NCBI GenBank assembly: GCA_040285825.1
Contig: JAUPSS010000001.1
Location: 3,410,001 to 3,474,000, forward strand
From: Eukaryota sp. TZLM1-RC
Lineage: Eukaryota; Protista; Metamonada: BaSk clade
Length of the DNA: 64,000 bases
Direction: 5' to 3'
Position 1 is the stretch's first letter; each line of letters opens with the position of its first letter. The notes beneath the pieces are model-generated. The model searched no databases. It saw only the letters and a program-made list of their open reading frames with translations, and had not been told where the DNA came from. The translations under genes were made by a program, and so were the position numbers. This document shows, in pieces, positions 62,050-64,000 of this stretch.

Positions 62050-64000
62050 TTTTTTTATTTTTTTATTAAAATAATTTTATTTATTTAAAGAATCAAATAA
62101 AAACAAAACAAACTAAAACACATAAGAAACTAAATTCTCCACGCCAACTCTTGATGAATCCTTATAAAGTTTAGACATCATTAAACTCAAGTACTTGGGA
62201 ACACTTCTGTACAAAGCGAAAATGATACGATTTTTCCATAAATTCTCTGCAAAATTCTTACCACTTGAACGACATAAATTACCAAAATCATTGATGAAAT
62301 TCAAGGCGGATTGTCCAATGTTGCCAAAAAATCGAAAAGGCAAAAGGAACAAACGAAAACTTCGAATAAAGGTTCTTATTTAAATCATTTAATATCTCAG
62401 TATATTTATCTCTCTTACGATCTTCAGCCTTGTTTAAATGACCATTAGTACTAAGTAAAACATCATCGCGATAAACAAAAAGCAAAGGGATCAACTGTAG
62501 TGAAATCAACAACAACTTGAGAGGAATCCACAAAAGGAGCAATTAAATCACCTCGACGTGAATTAAAAAGATTATCATCACTATAATGCTTCAACAAAGG
62601 TTCTACTTTGCAACTAAAATTGTAACACTTGAACATCTCATATGTCACATCACGAACGGCATTATGAAGAACTGACCTATATTGGAGAAATTTCTTACAG
62701 CTCACAATATGACGAAAATTGGCAGTAGGTTTTTTGTTACAAATACAATAAGAATTATCCAAAAGACCACTTGGATACATCCCTAATCTCAACCGCATGT
62801 TTTGTTTCCAAGCTTCATTTGTTAAGTGAAGACCAAATGGCCTTGGTTGCTGAGATATTAAACTAGTACAGTTCTGAATGTCTGATAAAAAGGCAGCAAA
62901 GACGGGATTATTAATCTTAGTCACACTAAGTCGTTTAGAAAAATCCAGGTCTTCAAAACCAATAAGAACAGACTTCTGTAATTTCACAACAGCAAGATGA
63001 AGGTTGGTGAAAGATCTCGAAGGCACAGCAGGCAAACTTGAAGGAAAACTCCTATTCCAAATATCAACAGGTAGTTCTTGCACCATTTTTCAAGAGAAAT
63101 TAATAACGGATGTGATTCATTTAAAGGAATATGATCAAAACGAAGTTTCCATTCAAAAAGAAAATTTTTCATACCACCAATAAAAGCACTTTTGCATAAA
63201 TACTCTGCTTTTGAAAACCAACTCCACCAAATTTAGGACTAAAAAAATGCATGATAAGGAATTTTAGATGGACAAACTTCTACTAAATTTCCTAAGAAAT
63301 TTGTTCTCAAAGTATTGAATTGACGTGCAAAATCATGAGAAATTGTGGGAGATAAAGAACGAAGAAGATGATTAATTTTTGATCCAAAACACACATTTAG
63401 GACCGAAAACGCTAAATGTTTGTCAATTTCTAGATCTTGAATAGCCAAAAGTTGCTCTTCGATTTTTTCCAAAATACCTGACAAAATCGATTTAACTTTT
63501 TCACTATTTCCAAAATAAGATCCAAGAAACCGAATAGCATCTTCCTCGTAATCAACGTATTTGATAAAAGTTTCATTAAATGCCACCTCCGCATGCTGAT
63601 TACCAATAATGAAACACTTGGGCAATTTAATGTCTAACCCTATTTGTTTGGCCAGAAAAACAAAATGTTGTAAAACCGTGTTGTAAAAAGAGACAAAGGG
63701 CCAATAAGTGATAAATCATCTGCATAAGCACAAATATGAATGTCAGGAAAATCCGACTTAAATTTTACCAAAACTGATTGCAGTGCTAGGCAAAGAAAAA
63801 TGGACCCAATGGATCCCCTTGTTTGACCCCTCTTGACGAAACAATATTCTCAGAATGAAAAATTAAGTTAGAGGGTGATCCATACATCAATTTAAAATAC
63901 GGCAAAAGTGAAGGATAGTGTAGTTCAAGTTCTTGCAAAATACTGGAGCGAAAAACGGAGTTGAAAGCATTTTTAAAATCAATGTTCAATAAATAATTTT
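62050..64000 (-). mobile_element. Family G CRE-type LINE (runs off the window)
   Basis: IDFKNAFNS, GVKQGDPLGP, AYADD, H.AVRD, RRGDL, DFTTVDP; C-terminus NLVSYVF; A-tail at ~62050-62065. Confidence 0.9.

Larger units (their letters stand above)
26043..64000. mobile_element. ~38-kb nested cluster of CRE-clade non-LTR retrotransposons (families A-G)
   Basis: Repeated RT motifs (RPIA.GE, LDFKNAFN, GVKQGDPLGP, AYMDD), N-terminal CCHC knuckles, C-terminal CxC..HxxxC / H(D/N) plus RGD/RAD..D...E..K RLE, and A-rich tails. No host gene. Confidence 0.95.

Noticed and set aside
26043-64000. CRISPR array, telomeric repeat tract or spliced-leader target
   Set aside because: Repeats are LINE copies; no regularly spaced direct repeats, (TTAGGG)n tract or recognisable SL/rDNA target.

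Overview
AT-rich eukaryotic (protist-like) DNA with the standard genetic code, 31-36-nt spliceosomal introns and very short 5' UTRs. Positions ~1-26 kb hold compact host genes: phosducin-like PhLP3/TXNDC9, TBCCD1, an RRM protein, EMC7, an Elongin-C-like ORF, proteasome Rpt6 and MINDY4. Between them lie decayed retrotransposon fragments, a pogo-like MITE and an unannotated, highly structured ~300-nt RNA candidate (10.7-11.0 kb). Two distinct families of Fanzor1 (eukaryotic TnpB-like RNA-guided nuclease) elements also occur. The best Fanzor copy (22.3-24.1 kb) keeps all three RuvC catalytic residues and is followed by a structured omega-RNA candidate. That candidate is conserved in a second, 5'-truncated copy at 35.0-36.3 kb, which is fused to a LINE. 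Positions ~26-64 kb are an almost gene-free nest of CRE-clade (RT + restriction-like endonuclease) non-LTR retrotransposons; about 8 families occur in the window, 7 in this cluster. The nest shows nested insertions with 10-15-bp TSDs, TSD-less head-to-tail chains, chimeras, direct and inverted duplications and a captured host-gene fragment. Family labels A-H are my own, based on protein C-termini. Segment boundaries inside the cluster are approximate unless a TSD is given.
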